DNA of 64,000 bases, taken from an uncultured Elusimicrobia bacterium (lineage in GTDB: Bacteria > Elusimicrobiota > Elusimicrobia > 2-01-FULL-59-12). Each line of letters begins with the position of its first letter. Position 1 is the first letter of the stretch. A program made the translations under genes and the position numbers. The notes beneath the pieces are model-generated. The model was not told where the DNA came from, ran no database searches, and saw nothing but the letters and a program-made list of their open reading frames with translations. Location of the stretch: positions 768,001 to 832,000 of the forward strand of contig OY969767.1 in NCBI GenBank assembly GCA_963702895.1, written 5' to 3'. Shown in pieces: positions 42,033 through 49,629 of this stretch.

Positions 42033-42060
42033 GGGTGCATGGCCATCCAATCAAATGAAA

Positions 42061-42888
42061 TCAGGAAGGAGGCTGCTCCGGCAGCAGTTTCTTGAAGACG
42101 GCGGGAAAGTCTTTGAGCCACCGCAGATCGGAGGGATCTTCCAGAAACGGCCGCAAATCCTTGGTCAATGAGCCGGTGTCCAGCGCTGTGACTTTTTTTT
42201 CGATCTTGGCGAGGACCTCTTGCCAGCTCCGACACGTGATGTTTTGTTTCTTTGATTGCGCCAGCCCATTCTGGAAATAAGCAAGATTGCCGGCGACACG
42301 CTGGGAAAGAAACCAGATCAGATCATAGTAATCCCTCCCGCGTTCATAAGGCCTCAGAAGGATCGCCAAGGCCTTCCCCGCAAAGAGCGTGGGCAGGTCG
42401 TACTTGAGGACCGGAAACAACTCGTTCATGCGGGCGACAAAATGGGTTTCCACCACGCCGCGCGCGGGCGGCCGGACATCGACTTCCAGCTTGATGGAGA
42501 GCTTTTGATTAGGAGGAAGTGTCAGTCCGACCCTTTCGGGGAGGCCGCCGATACGAATAAAGGCTTTCTGGACGACCTTATCTTCCGAGAAGTTGCCGCT
42601 CACATCATACCCCAGCCGGGCGAGGTCTTTGAGGGCGGAGGCGTGCAAGTCCCTCATCGAGTAGCGGGCGTTTTTCTTAAGGAGTGAAAAATCGAGATCT
42701 TCCGAGTAGCGTCTGAGCTGATGGCAAATCCGCAGGCAGGTCCCCCCCTGAAAGGCGAGCGAAGCCCCCGTGGGGGTATTGAACACAGAGCGCAGGACCA
42801 CCAGTTGCAGGTATTCGCGGCAAAAGTTCCACTTTTCCAGCTCGGAGGCTGGGGCAGCGGCCTTCAGCAGATCAAGCAGTTTTTGCAT
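42061..42888 (-). CDS. abiEii: AbiEii-family nucleotidyltransferase toxin (type IV TA)
   Basis: REYLQ, AFQGGTCLR, RYSEDLDF, KLEVD, GKALA, GRDYYDL; start MQKLL overlaps the antitoxin stop. Confidence 0.9.
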   Translation of the reverse strand: MQKLLDLLKAAAPASELEKWNFCREYLQLVVLRSVFNTPTGASLAFQGGTCLRICHQLRRYSEDLDFSLLKKNARYSMRDLHASALKDLARLGYDVSGNFSEDKVVQKAFIRIGGLPERVGLTLPPNQKLSIKLEVDVRPPARGVVETHFVARMNELFPVLKYDLPTLFAGKALAILLRPYERGRDYYDLIWFLSQRVAGNLAYFQNGLAQSKKQNITCRSWQEVLAKIEKKVTALDTGSLTKDLRPFLEDPSDLRWLKDFPAVFKKLLPEQPPS

Positions 42889-43465
42889 AATCCTTGAGGC
42901 TTTCCCAAAGGGCCAAGACCCGACTCCCAGGATAGGGTTTGACGAGCTTGTCTCCTCGTTTCCAATCCAGGCCCTTGAGGTTTTGGAAGCGCGCTTCTCT
43001 CCAGAAGGATTTTTCCGTTTTGAGCGAATGACCCCGGAGATAGAAGTAGTCGAGGAGCGCTTTTTCCGGTTCAGCGAGGAGCCGGCTCGAATCATAGCCG
43101 AAAAAGAGGCCCGTTTGAATATGATGAAAGTGAAAACGTCCCCAGGGTGTTTGAAAAGACCGTGGAGGGCGCGTGGTGACGAGTGTTGTTTCAAAAGGAA
43201 CATCGGGCACCAGACCATGCTGGTTCAGGGCGGTCTCCATGCTGATGTAGGCAGGAGCATAGAGCGCGAGGATTCTCTCTGGTAATGAGCAGTGCCGTCC
43301 GGGAAAGGCATACACCTCGCGCCGGATTCTCTGAAGATGGCCGGCTTTGACCCAGCGGTGAAGGTTGAGCCGCAGGCCTTGAGCGTTTTCCCGGGTCGTG
43401 AGGAGCGCCTCTCGGAAGGAAAAGGCCGATTTCTTCATCAAGGCTTCAAACGCGCTGTATTTCAT
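42872..43465 (-). CDS. abiEi: AbiEi-family antitoxin/transcriptional regulator
   Basis: LHRWVKAGHLQRIRREVY, PAYISMETALNQHGLVPD, AEPEKALLDY. Confidence 0.88.
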   Translation of the reverse strand: MKYSAFEALMKKSAFSFREALLTTRENAQGLRLNLHRWVKAGHLQRIRREVYAFPGRHCSLPERILALYAPAYISMETALNQHGLVPDVPFETTLVTTRPPRSFQTPWGRFHFHHIQTGLFFGYDSSRLLAEPEKALLDYFYLRGHSLKTEKSFWREARFQNLKGLDWKRGDKLVKPYPGSRVLALWESLKDYAKTA

Positions 43466-43467
43466 AA

Positions 43468-43501
43468 TTACGTTAATTATCATAAATGATAATTAACGTA
43501 A
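43468..43501. promoter_or_regulatory. Perfect 16-bp inverted repeat, probable AbiEi operator
   Basis: ttacgttaattatcat-aa-atgataattaacgtaa, AT-rich, 2 bp upstream of the abiEi ATG. Confidence 0.75.
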
Positions 43502-43533
43502 ATGGAAGGGGGGATGCGCGACGGGGGCGGAGC

Positions 43534-43643
43534 AGGGAACGTCAACGGCAAACGGCGATAATAGAAAATAGAAAATAGACCATTTGAGTGGTGGGGGAAA
43601 AGACGCTGGGTTGCCTGCGGAAGGCGAAAAGGCGTCTTTTTTA
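43534..43643. repeat. Direct-repeat unit B with terminator-like hairpin
   Basis: Homologous to 41860-42032 but without the mini-element. Confidence 0.85.
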
Positions 43644-43994
43644 TTTCTGTGTCTGAATGAGGCGCGTGATCATTTTGCCAATCAAATCGAGGTCTCCTTT
43701 CAGTCGCGGATAGTCCTCTGCACGAATCAGGCCATGCTGAACGGCGAATTGCAGGTGTGTGACGCATTCATTGGTTGATCCTCGTGACACCCAAAAGAAT
43801 TGTTTCCGATCGCCGATGTGCCACCGGCCAGACCCCTCAGCCAAATTTGCAGGAATCGACATGACCGCTCTGCGGAATTGGTCGCAGAGGACGGGGTTTC
43901 GACTTCGGGGTGCCTTTTCGAGGGATTGGAGAATTTCCGTAGCAAATGACATGCTTTTCTTGTAAACGCGCATCTCCTCAAACAAAAAGCCCAT
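43641..43994 (-). CDS. Four-helix-bundle protein (23S rRNA IVP/Avd-like family)
   Basis: FEEMRVYKKS, LCDQFRRAVMSIPANLAEGSGR, FFWVSRGSTNEC. Confidence 0.9.
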   Translation of the reverse strand: MGFLFEEMRVYKKSMSFATEILQSLEKAPRSRNPVLCDQFRRAVMSIPANLAEGSGRWHIGDRKQFFWVSRGSTNECVTHLQFAVQHGLIRAEDYPRLKGDLDLIGKMITRLIQTQK

Positions 43995-44042
43995 ACATCC
44001 CTTAGATGCAAAAACCTCGAAAATATTCACGATTCATTTAAC

Positions 44043-44377
44043 ACGGCATACGGCGAAAATAGACAATAGAAAATAGTGGTTCCAGGCTTTTTTACGGCAT
44101 CCGGCGCGCGGGTTGATCTTTCAGGGTCGCTGTATGCGTAGAGAAAACGTCAAAGGCAAACGGCGAAAATAGAGAATAGAAAATAGTAGTTCCAGGCTTT
44201 TTTTCCGGCATCCGGCGCGCGGGTTGATCTTTCAGGGTCGCTGTATGCGTAGAGAAAACGTCAAAGGCAAACGGCGAAAATAGAGAATAGAAAATAGTAG
44301 TTCCAGGCTTTTTTTCCGGCATCCGGCGCTATTGTCTATTTTCTATTTTCGCCGTATGCCGTAAAAAAAGCCTGGAA
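44043..44377. repeat. About 2.5 tandem copies of a 110-111-bp unit plus an inverted partial copy
   Basis: cggcgaaaatag starts at 44051, 44161 and 44272; 44329-44377 is a reverse-complement version of unit segments. Confidence 0.92.
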
Positions 44378-44475
44378 GAGGGAGGGGGTTTCTTCCAGGC
44401 TAAAGTGGGTATTCAATTGTATTTCTGAGCTCTGAGTTTAAAACTCTGAGAGAACAGATCAGAACTCAGAGAGCC

Positions 44476-44625
44476 CTACTGGTAACACGGCGGCGCTTCT
44501 TCCATCCTTCGGCTGATGACTTCGCGAATGCCGCAGCGCGTACAAATCAAGTCATAGCCTTCCAAGAGTATGTCCAAAACCGCCATGGGACTGCCGCATC
44601 GACGACAAACGCCGTAGGTCTGCAT
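44476..44625 (-). CDS. 49-aa zinc-ribbon microprotein (absent from the ORF track)
   Basis: MQTYGVCRRCGSPMAVLDILLEGYDLICTRCGIREVISRRMEEAPPCYQ* with two CxxC motifs and an AAGGGGG RBS. Confidence 0.65.
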   Translation of the reverse strand: MQTYGVCRRCGSPMAVLDILLEGYDLICTRCGIREVISRRMEEAPPCYQ

Positions 44626-44827
44626 AACGCCCCCTTGCGTAATGCTTGCCATCACTCCAAGGGTAGCGACTTTGTGTTACGCCAGTGTTACTCGAATGTA
44701 AAAGTCGTGTAACGTAAGAGTTGTTAACCTTCCTCCGTCGAGGATCGGGAGGGGTCGCCGTTACAAGGGCCCTCGGGTGGGCCGGTCTTGACCCCGAGAT
44801 CCGTGCCCAGGAAGGCGAAGTCTGAGG

Positions 44828-45232
44828 CTAGCGTCGAGCGGAAATCTTCTTCAGTGTGTCCCAGCTGTCCAAAACGTCCTGAGACGTGCGCAGGGAGCGT
44901 TTCTTGAGGAGCTTCCGGTGCTCGCGTGTGTACCCGAAGACGTGGGGGTGTCGGAGGGTGAGTTTGCGGATGAGGGTCCTGATCACATGGTCGATCGTGA
45001 AACGGCCCTTTTCTTTGGCGAGTTGGGCATGGAAAACAACCTGCAAGAGCAGGTCGCCCAGCTCTTCTTCCATGTTGCGGTAATCCTTTTTGTGGACGGA
45101 CTGCTTGAATTCCCGGGCCTCCGCGAAGAGGTATTTCAATAGACTGGCGTGGGTTTGTTTGCGGTCCCACGGGCAGCCCTTGGGGGACCTGAGCCGGGCC
45201 ATCACCTGAACCAGTTTTTGAAAGGAAGTCAT
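44828..45232 (-). CDS. mazG: Single-domain MazG nucleotide pyrophosphohydrolase
   Basis: MARLRSPKGCPWDRKQTH, EEELGDLLLQVVFHAQ, RHPHVF. Confidence 0.9.
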   Translation of the reverse strand: MTSFQKLVQVMARLRSPKGCPWDRKQTHASLLKYLFAEAREFKQSVHKKDYRNMEEELGDLLLQVVFHAQLAKEKGRFTIDHVIRTLIRKLTLRHPHVFGYTREHRKLLKKRSLRTSQDVLDSWDTLKKISARR

Positions 45233-45293
45233 AAGCTGTTCACGAAGAGTGCGAATTGTATAAAATCTTCCATGTTTTACCGGGTGTTCTTGT

Positions 45294-45686
45294 GGACTGG
45301 TGGCGTCCCGTATCCTGTATACGCTAAGGACGGGACAGTCCCGCGGCGTAAGCACGTAGGTGCGCGGGACGGAACTGGCATACGCTTTCTAGCGTATGAT
45401 GTTTAGAGGCGGTTTGGTGGACTGGTGGCGGAATTGGCATACGCGTACGGCTCAGGACCGTATTCCGAAAGGATTGCGGGTTCAACTCCCGCCCAGTCCA
45501 CCAAACCGCCTCAATATTTTAAGCCTACGGCTCAGGACCGTATTCCGAAAGGATTGCGCCCGCCACGACTTCGCGGCGGGCGTCCGCCGAGACTTAGTGG
45601 CGGCCGGGTTCATCCCCACGCAACGCGCAGGGATAGTCCCACCCCGTAAGGGCAGAGGAAGGTGGGACAACTCCCGCCCAGTCCAC
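45294..45686 (+). pseudogene. Decayed outer tRNA-Leu(CAG) copy enclosing the intact gene
   Basis: tRNA nt 1-26 at 45294-45385 (interrupted at 45306-45369); nt 28 onward at 45526-45686 (interrupted at 45559-45604 and 45613-45667). Confidence 0.85.
45419..45503 (+). tRNA. tRNA-Leu(CAG)
   Basis: GGACTGG/CCAGTCC acceptor stem, TACGG-CTCAGGA-CCGTA anticodon arm, long variable arm, GGTTCAAC, encoded CCA. Confidence 0.95.
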
Positions 45687-45715
45687 TGGAGCACTTTTAA
45701 AACACTGGACTTCGC

Positions 45716-46192
45716 ATGAAACCGAAAGCTCCCGCGCCTCCTCCGGCGATCTCCAACCGCAAGGCCCGTCATGACTATCACATCCTGGAAACCTATGAGG
45801 CGGGCATCGCCCTGAAGGGGCCCGAAGTAAAATCCCTGCGCAACGGCAAAGCCAGCCTCCAGGACTCTTTCGCCCGCGTGGAGAAGGGCGAAGTACTTCT
45901 TTACAACATGCACATCAACCCTTATGCTTTTACGCACCACACGGATTTAAGCCCCACAAGGTCGCGCAAACTCCTGCTTCATGCGCAGGAGATTAAAAAA
46001 CTCACCGGGCGGGTTCAAGAGAAGGGATTGACGCTCGTGCCTCTGGAAGTCTTCTTCAACGGAAAGGGGATCGCCAAGGTGAGCCTCGCGCTCGCCAAAG
46101 GCAAGCTCGCACCGGACCGCCGCGACGACATCAAGAAGCGGGACCTCGAACGCGAAGCCCGCAGGGACTATCGAGCCAGGACAAAGTTTTAG
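45716..46192 (+). CDS. smpB: SsrA-binding protein
   Basis: NRKARHDYHILETYEAGIALKGPEVKSLR, RKLLLH, GLTLVPL. Confidence 0.97.
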   Translation: MKPKAPAPPPAISNRKARHDYHILETYEAGIALKGPEVKSLRNGKASLQDSFARVEKGEVLLYNMHINPYAFTHHTDLSPTRSRKLLLHAQEIKKLTGRVQEKGLTLVPLEVFFNGKGIAKVSLALAKGKLAPDRRDDIKKRDLEREARRDYRARTKF

Positions 46193-46263
46193 ATAGAATG
46201 ATTCCAGTTCGTGCGGAGGGATGAGTGAGCAGCTTGGGCCTGCTCTCAAATAATGTATTGTGC

Positions 46264-46350
46264 GGAGAGATGGCCGAGCGGTTGAAGGCGCCGCTCTCGA
46301 AAAGCGGTAGGGGTGCAAGCTCCTCGTGGGTTCGAATCCCACTCTCTCCG
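46264..46350 (+). tRNA. tRNA-Ser(CGA)
   Basis: GGAGAGA/TCTCTCC acceptor, CCGCT-CTCGAAA-AGCGG anticodon arm, GGTTCGAATCC; CCA not encoded. Confidence 0.95.
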
Positions 46351-46417
46351 CAGAATGCACCGAGAAGCAGGCCAACGAACCCTCACGCTCATCTCAGGAG
46401 GGGAAAGATAGAAGGAT

Positions 46418-48355
46418 ATGAAACGACTTTTTAAAATCTTATCGATCATCTTGGCCATTGTGCTTGGGCTGCTTGTGGCGGCGAGCGTCGCGCTTCGGAT
46501 CTTCTTGCCGCCCGAGAAGGCCAAGGCCCTCGTGCTCAAGCACCTGAGCGAGCAGCTCAGGCGTGAGGTGGAGGTCGGTTCGGTGTCCGTGGGCGTGTTT
46601 TCGGGCCTTCAGATCTCCAAACTCAAAATCTCGGAATCCCCCACCTTTGCCAAGGGGACATTTTTGTCCAGCGAGCTCTTTACACTTCAAGTCGCGCTCC
46701 TTCCCCTCCTGTCGAAACAGGTGATCGTCCGTCAAGCCGTTCTGAAAGAACCCACCGTGACGATCCTCCGAATGGCGGACGGTAAAACATTCAATTTCTC
46801 AGACCTGACCAAGACGGTCCAGCCAACGCCGCCGGGCCAAAAGTCCACGGACGCCGGCGCGAACAAACCGTCAGAAAAGGGAACGCCCTTTGTCTTTGTC
46901 GTGTCGCACGCGGAAATCGCCCGCGGCGCCTTGCATTTTGTGGACCGATCACCGGCCAAGCAAAGCGTCGACATCGAACCCTTCGATCTCAAGCTCAAGG
47001 GGGTCAGCTTAACCGATCCCTTCAGCCTGAAGATGGGGCTTCGCGTGAAATATAGAGGGTCCGATCTCGGCATTCGTTTGGGCGGCAAAGCGAACCTCAA
47101 GGAGAGCAGTTTCCATATTTCCGAGGGCTCTCTGAGCTCCGGCGCGGCCCACGTCACGGTCTCCGGTCTCCTCAGCCAACTCCAGTCAGCACAACCGGTC
47201 TTCAAGCTGCACCTTCAGACCAATGACGTCCCCATCCAGGACCTTCTTCGGTTCGTGCCGTCTGCTCTGCCGAAGGGGGTTGTCCTCGATGGGACCACGC
47301 GGCTGGCCGTCGACCTTTCGGGGACAACGGACACGCAGCAGTTCGCCTCGAAATGGACGGGTACGGGCCTGCGCATCGCCAAGGGAGAAGATTTCCAAAA
47401 GCCCGTGGGTGTACCCCTGGAGCTGACCCTCCTCGGTGACCGGGCGGCTTCGGGGGCCATCCAGCTCAAGATGATGAACGCGAAGATTTCAAACAATACG
47501 CTCGCCGGGTCCGGCACCTATGAGCCGCGCGGTCAGGATGCCCAGATCCATTTCAGCTTCAAAGGCGTCGGTTGGTCCGTTCAGGATTTGGCCACGATGT
47601 CGCCCGCGATCGTCCCTTTCCAGCCTTCCGGGACCCTTTCCTTTGATGGTCGCGCGACCGGCCGGCTGAGCGCCCCCCAAACCAGCCTTCACACAGCGGC
47701 CAAGATCAAACTGGGAAAGATCCAGCACCCTTATTACGAAGGCCAGGGGCTCGAGATGGACTGGGACCTCTCGAACGTAACGCCCGAGCTGTCCAAAGTC
47801 TCGGGTCTGGTCCATCTCACGCAAGGCCCCGGCAAAATCCTCCAGCTGGATAAACTTGCTGCGAGCTCCCGTGCGGGGAAGATCGCGCTCCTGCCGCTTG
47901 AGTCTCTGGCGAAACTTCAAAAGAAGGGCGTGCTCCAGCAAGTCAACCTTCCTTCGCTGCAGTCGATTCCTTTCGATTCCATCGTTGGAGATTACGCTCT
48001 GAAAAATGGCGATATGGAGATTAAACGATTCGATCTCGTCGGCCAAGACCTCAGTGTCCAGACCCGGGGCCATGTGGGTTTGGCAGGAGCGCAACCGGTC
48101 CAGATGAAGGTCGCGCTCAAGCTCGCTCCTGATGCCGTGGGTGGCACGTTGGGGGCGTTGATCCGGGATGAAACAGGCCGACCCACGGTCAAGTTCACGG
48201 CGTCCGGAACCCTCTCCGATCCTAAGGTGAAATGGGACTTGGATGATACAGGCAAGAAGGCGCTCCAGCAGGCGGGGCAAGAACTGATGAAGAACAAGGA
48301 TGTCCAGAAAGCCGTGGATGATATCCAAAACACACTCAAGGGCATCTTCCGATAA
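46418..48355 (+). CDS. AsmA-family protein
   Basis: N-terminal TM anchor, LSEQLRREVEVGSV, LLPLLSKQV, NFSDL, C-terminal GTLSDPKV. Confidence 0.8.
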   Translation: MKRLFKILSIILAIVLGLLVAASVALRIFLPPEKAKALVLKHLSEQLRREVEVGSVSVGVFSGLQISKLKISESPTFAKGTFLSSELFTLQVALLPLLSKQVIVRQAVLKEPTVTILRMADGKTFNFSDLTKTVQPTPPGQKSTDAGANKPSEKGTPFVFVVSHAEIARGALHFVDRSPAKQSVDIEPFDLKLKGVSLTDPFSLKMGLRVKYRGSDLGIRLGGKANLKESSFHISEGSLSSGAAHVTVSGLLSQLQSAQPVFKLHLQTNDVPIQDLLRFVPSALPKGVVLDGTTRLAVDLSGTTDTQQFASKWTGTGLRIAKGEDFQKPVGVPLELTLLGDRAASGAIQLKMMNAKISNNTLAGSGTYEPRGQDAQIHFSFKGVGWSVQDLATMSPAIVPFQPSGTLSFDGRATGRLSAPQTSLHTAAKIKLGKIQHPYYEGQGLEMDWDLSNVTPELSKVSGLVHLTQGPGKILQLDKLAASSRAGKIALLPLESLAKLQKKGVLQQVNLPSLQSIPFDSIVGDYALKNGDMEIKRFDLVGQDLSVQTRGHVGLAGAQPVQMKVALKLAPDAVGGTLGALIRDETGRPTVKFTASGTLSDPKVKWDLDDTGKKALQQAGQELMKNKDVQKAVDDIQNTLKGIFR

Positions 48356-48729
48356 TGCTCAAAAAAATATTAATTGTGGATGATGACCGACTTCTGGTCG
48401 ATTCCTTGAAGGATTATCTGGAAGATTGTGGGTATGAAGTTTTAACAGCCTATGATGGCGCGGGAACACCCGAACTGGTCCGCACCCATCTGCCCGCGCT
48501 GATTATCCTGGATGTCGATATGCCCGTGGTGAATGGAATCCAGACGCTACAGAAATTACGCATGGATCCCGCAACGTGTCGTATCCCGGTCATTCTCATG
48601 ACTGGCGTCGCTTCCGCGCAGGTCTATCCCGCCATCGCATCGATGCCGATGGTTTCACACATCAAGAAGCCGATCGAACCCGAAGATCTTCTCTCCGTCG
48701 TAAAATACTACGTCCCCTCTCCTCATTAA
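48355..48729 (+). CDS. Single-domain response regulator (CheY-like)
   Basis: KILIVDDD, LDVDMPVVNG, ILMT, KKP. Confidence 0.9.
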   Translation: MLKKILIVDDDRLLVDSLKDYLEDCGYEVLTAYDGAGTPELVRTHLPALIILDVDMPVVNGIQTLQKLRMDPATCRIPVILMTGVASAQVYPAIASMPMVSHIKKPIEPEDLLSVVKYYVPSPH

Positions 48730-48914
48730 GCTGACTTGAACGAGTAAGGAAGCTGGGATGATCCCCTCCATCCGAGTCACTCCCCGCCGCCCGAAGAGAG
48801 GACGGAACAGAGCTGAATCGGTATAATACGCCCCTCGGTCGCTCCCGTTCCTTTTAGAATAGGGATGCGGGACGCCGGCCAAACTTCAGGCAAGGCGATC
48901 GCTGTGGTCTTGAT

Positions 48915-49001
48915 GGAGAGATGCGAGAGCGGTTGAATCGGCTCCCCTGGAAAGGGAGTAGGGGTGAAAGCTCCTCGAGGGTTCGAATCCCTCTCTCTCC
49001 G
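48915..49001 (+). tRNA. tRNA-Ser(GGA)
   Basis: GGAGAGA/TCTCTCC acceptor, CTCCC-CTGGAAA-GGGAG anticodon arm, GGTTCGAATCC. Confidence 0.95.
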
Positions 49002-49187
49002 CTGAGACCATCGTGCGGGCGCGTGACACACATCCGTAGCGTCCGCCTGACTTGAGGTGGGAGTCGCCGGGTGTGTGGCGCTCCCCGCCACTCCATCTCA
49101 AGACAGCATGCGAGGATCCCTCCGCTGGAGGGGCCTGTTGTAGGTAGTTTGTATAATGAGCACCGATTTCGGTTTTGGAATGTTGCT

Positions 49188-49277
49188 GGGGGTGTAGCTC
49201 AGCTGGGAGAGCCTCGCCAGACTACAGGCGAGCCCGCCGGCTGTCTGGCGGGGGTCGCCGCGGCGACAGGTCGCCGG
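49188..49277 (+). pseudogene. Partial decayed tRNA-Ala copy
   Basis: gggggtgtagctcagctgggagagc, then a double-hairpin insert, a degenerate anticodon arm and aggtcgccgg. Confidence 0.75.
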
Positions 49278-49313
49278 CGTAGGGTGTTTCAGGAGCAATT
49301 TTTGGGAGTTGGT

Positions 49314-49602
49314 GGGGGTGTAGCTCAGCATATGAAAGAAGGCGCGTTGCTGGGGGTGTAGCTCAGCTGGGAGAGCGCATCGTTCGCAACGATGAGGTCG
49401 CCGGTTCGATCCCGGTCACCTCCAGCAACGCGCTTCATTTGGGAGAGCCTCGCCAGACTACGGCGAGCCCGCCGGCTGTCTGGCGGGGGTCGCCGCGGCG
49501 ACAGGTCGAGGGTTCGTCCCGCATTCTTAGACTCTTACGATGCGGGACAGTCCCAACCCATAAGGATGGAGGAAGGTGGGACGAGCCCCTTCACCTCCAC
49601 CA
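49314..49602 (+). pseudogene. Decayed outer tRNA-Ala copy enclosing the intact gene
   Basis: nt 1-16 at 49314-49329; nt 17 onward from 49440 to ...cacctccacca at 49602; its own flanking IR gggagttggt/accaactccc. Confidence 0.85.
49352..49424 (+). tRNA. tRNA-Ala(CGC)
   Basis: GGGGGTG/CACCTCC acceptor with G3:U70, CATCG-TTCGCAA-CGATG anticodon arm, GGTTCGATCC; CCA not encoded. Confidence 0.95.
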
Positions 49603-49629
49603 ACTCCCCGTCTATTTCCAAATTCATCT

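Noticed and set aside
42889..43218. N-terminal extension of AbiEii given by the ORF track
   Set aside because: It overlaps abiEi in another frame; ATG 42888 gives normal length and translational coupling.
44043..44330. CRISPR array
   Set aside because: The units are about 111-bp near-identical tandem copies with no unique spacers, and no cas genes are present.
43641..44400. Diversity-generating retroelement (Avd-like gene plus repeats)
   Set aside because: No reverse transcriptase in the window, and repeat differences are not adenine-specific.
45294..49602. Prophage or ICE att sites at the tRNAs
   Set aside because: No integrase; duplicated fragments lie within 300 bp of each tRNA and cover both ends.
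49002..49629. SRP RNA (ffs) or tmRNA
   Set aside because: No SRP helix-8 motif was seen; the GGGGGTG starts belong to tRNA-Ala copies and no tag reading frame was found.
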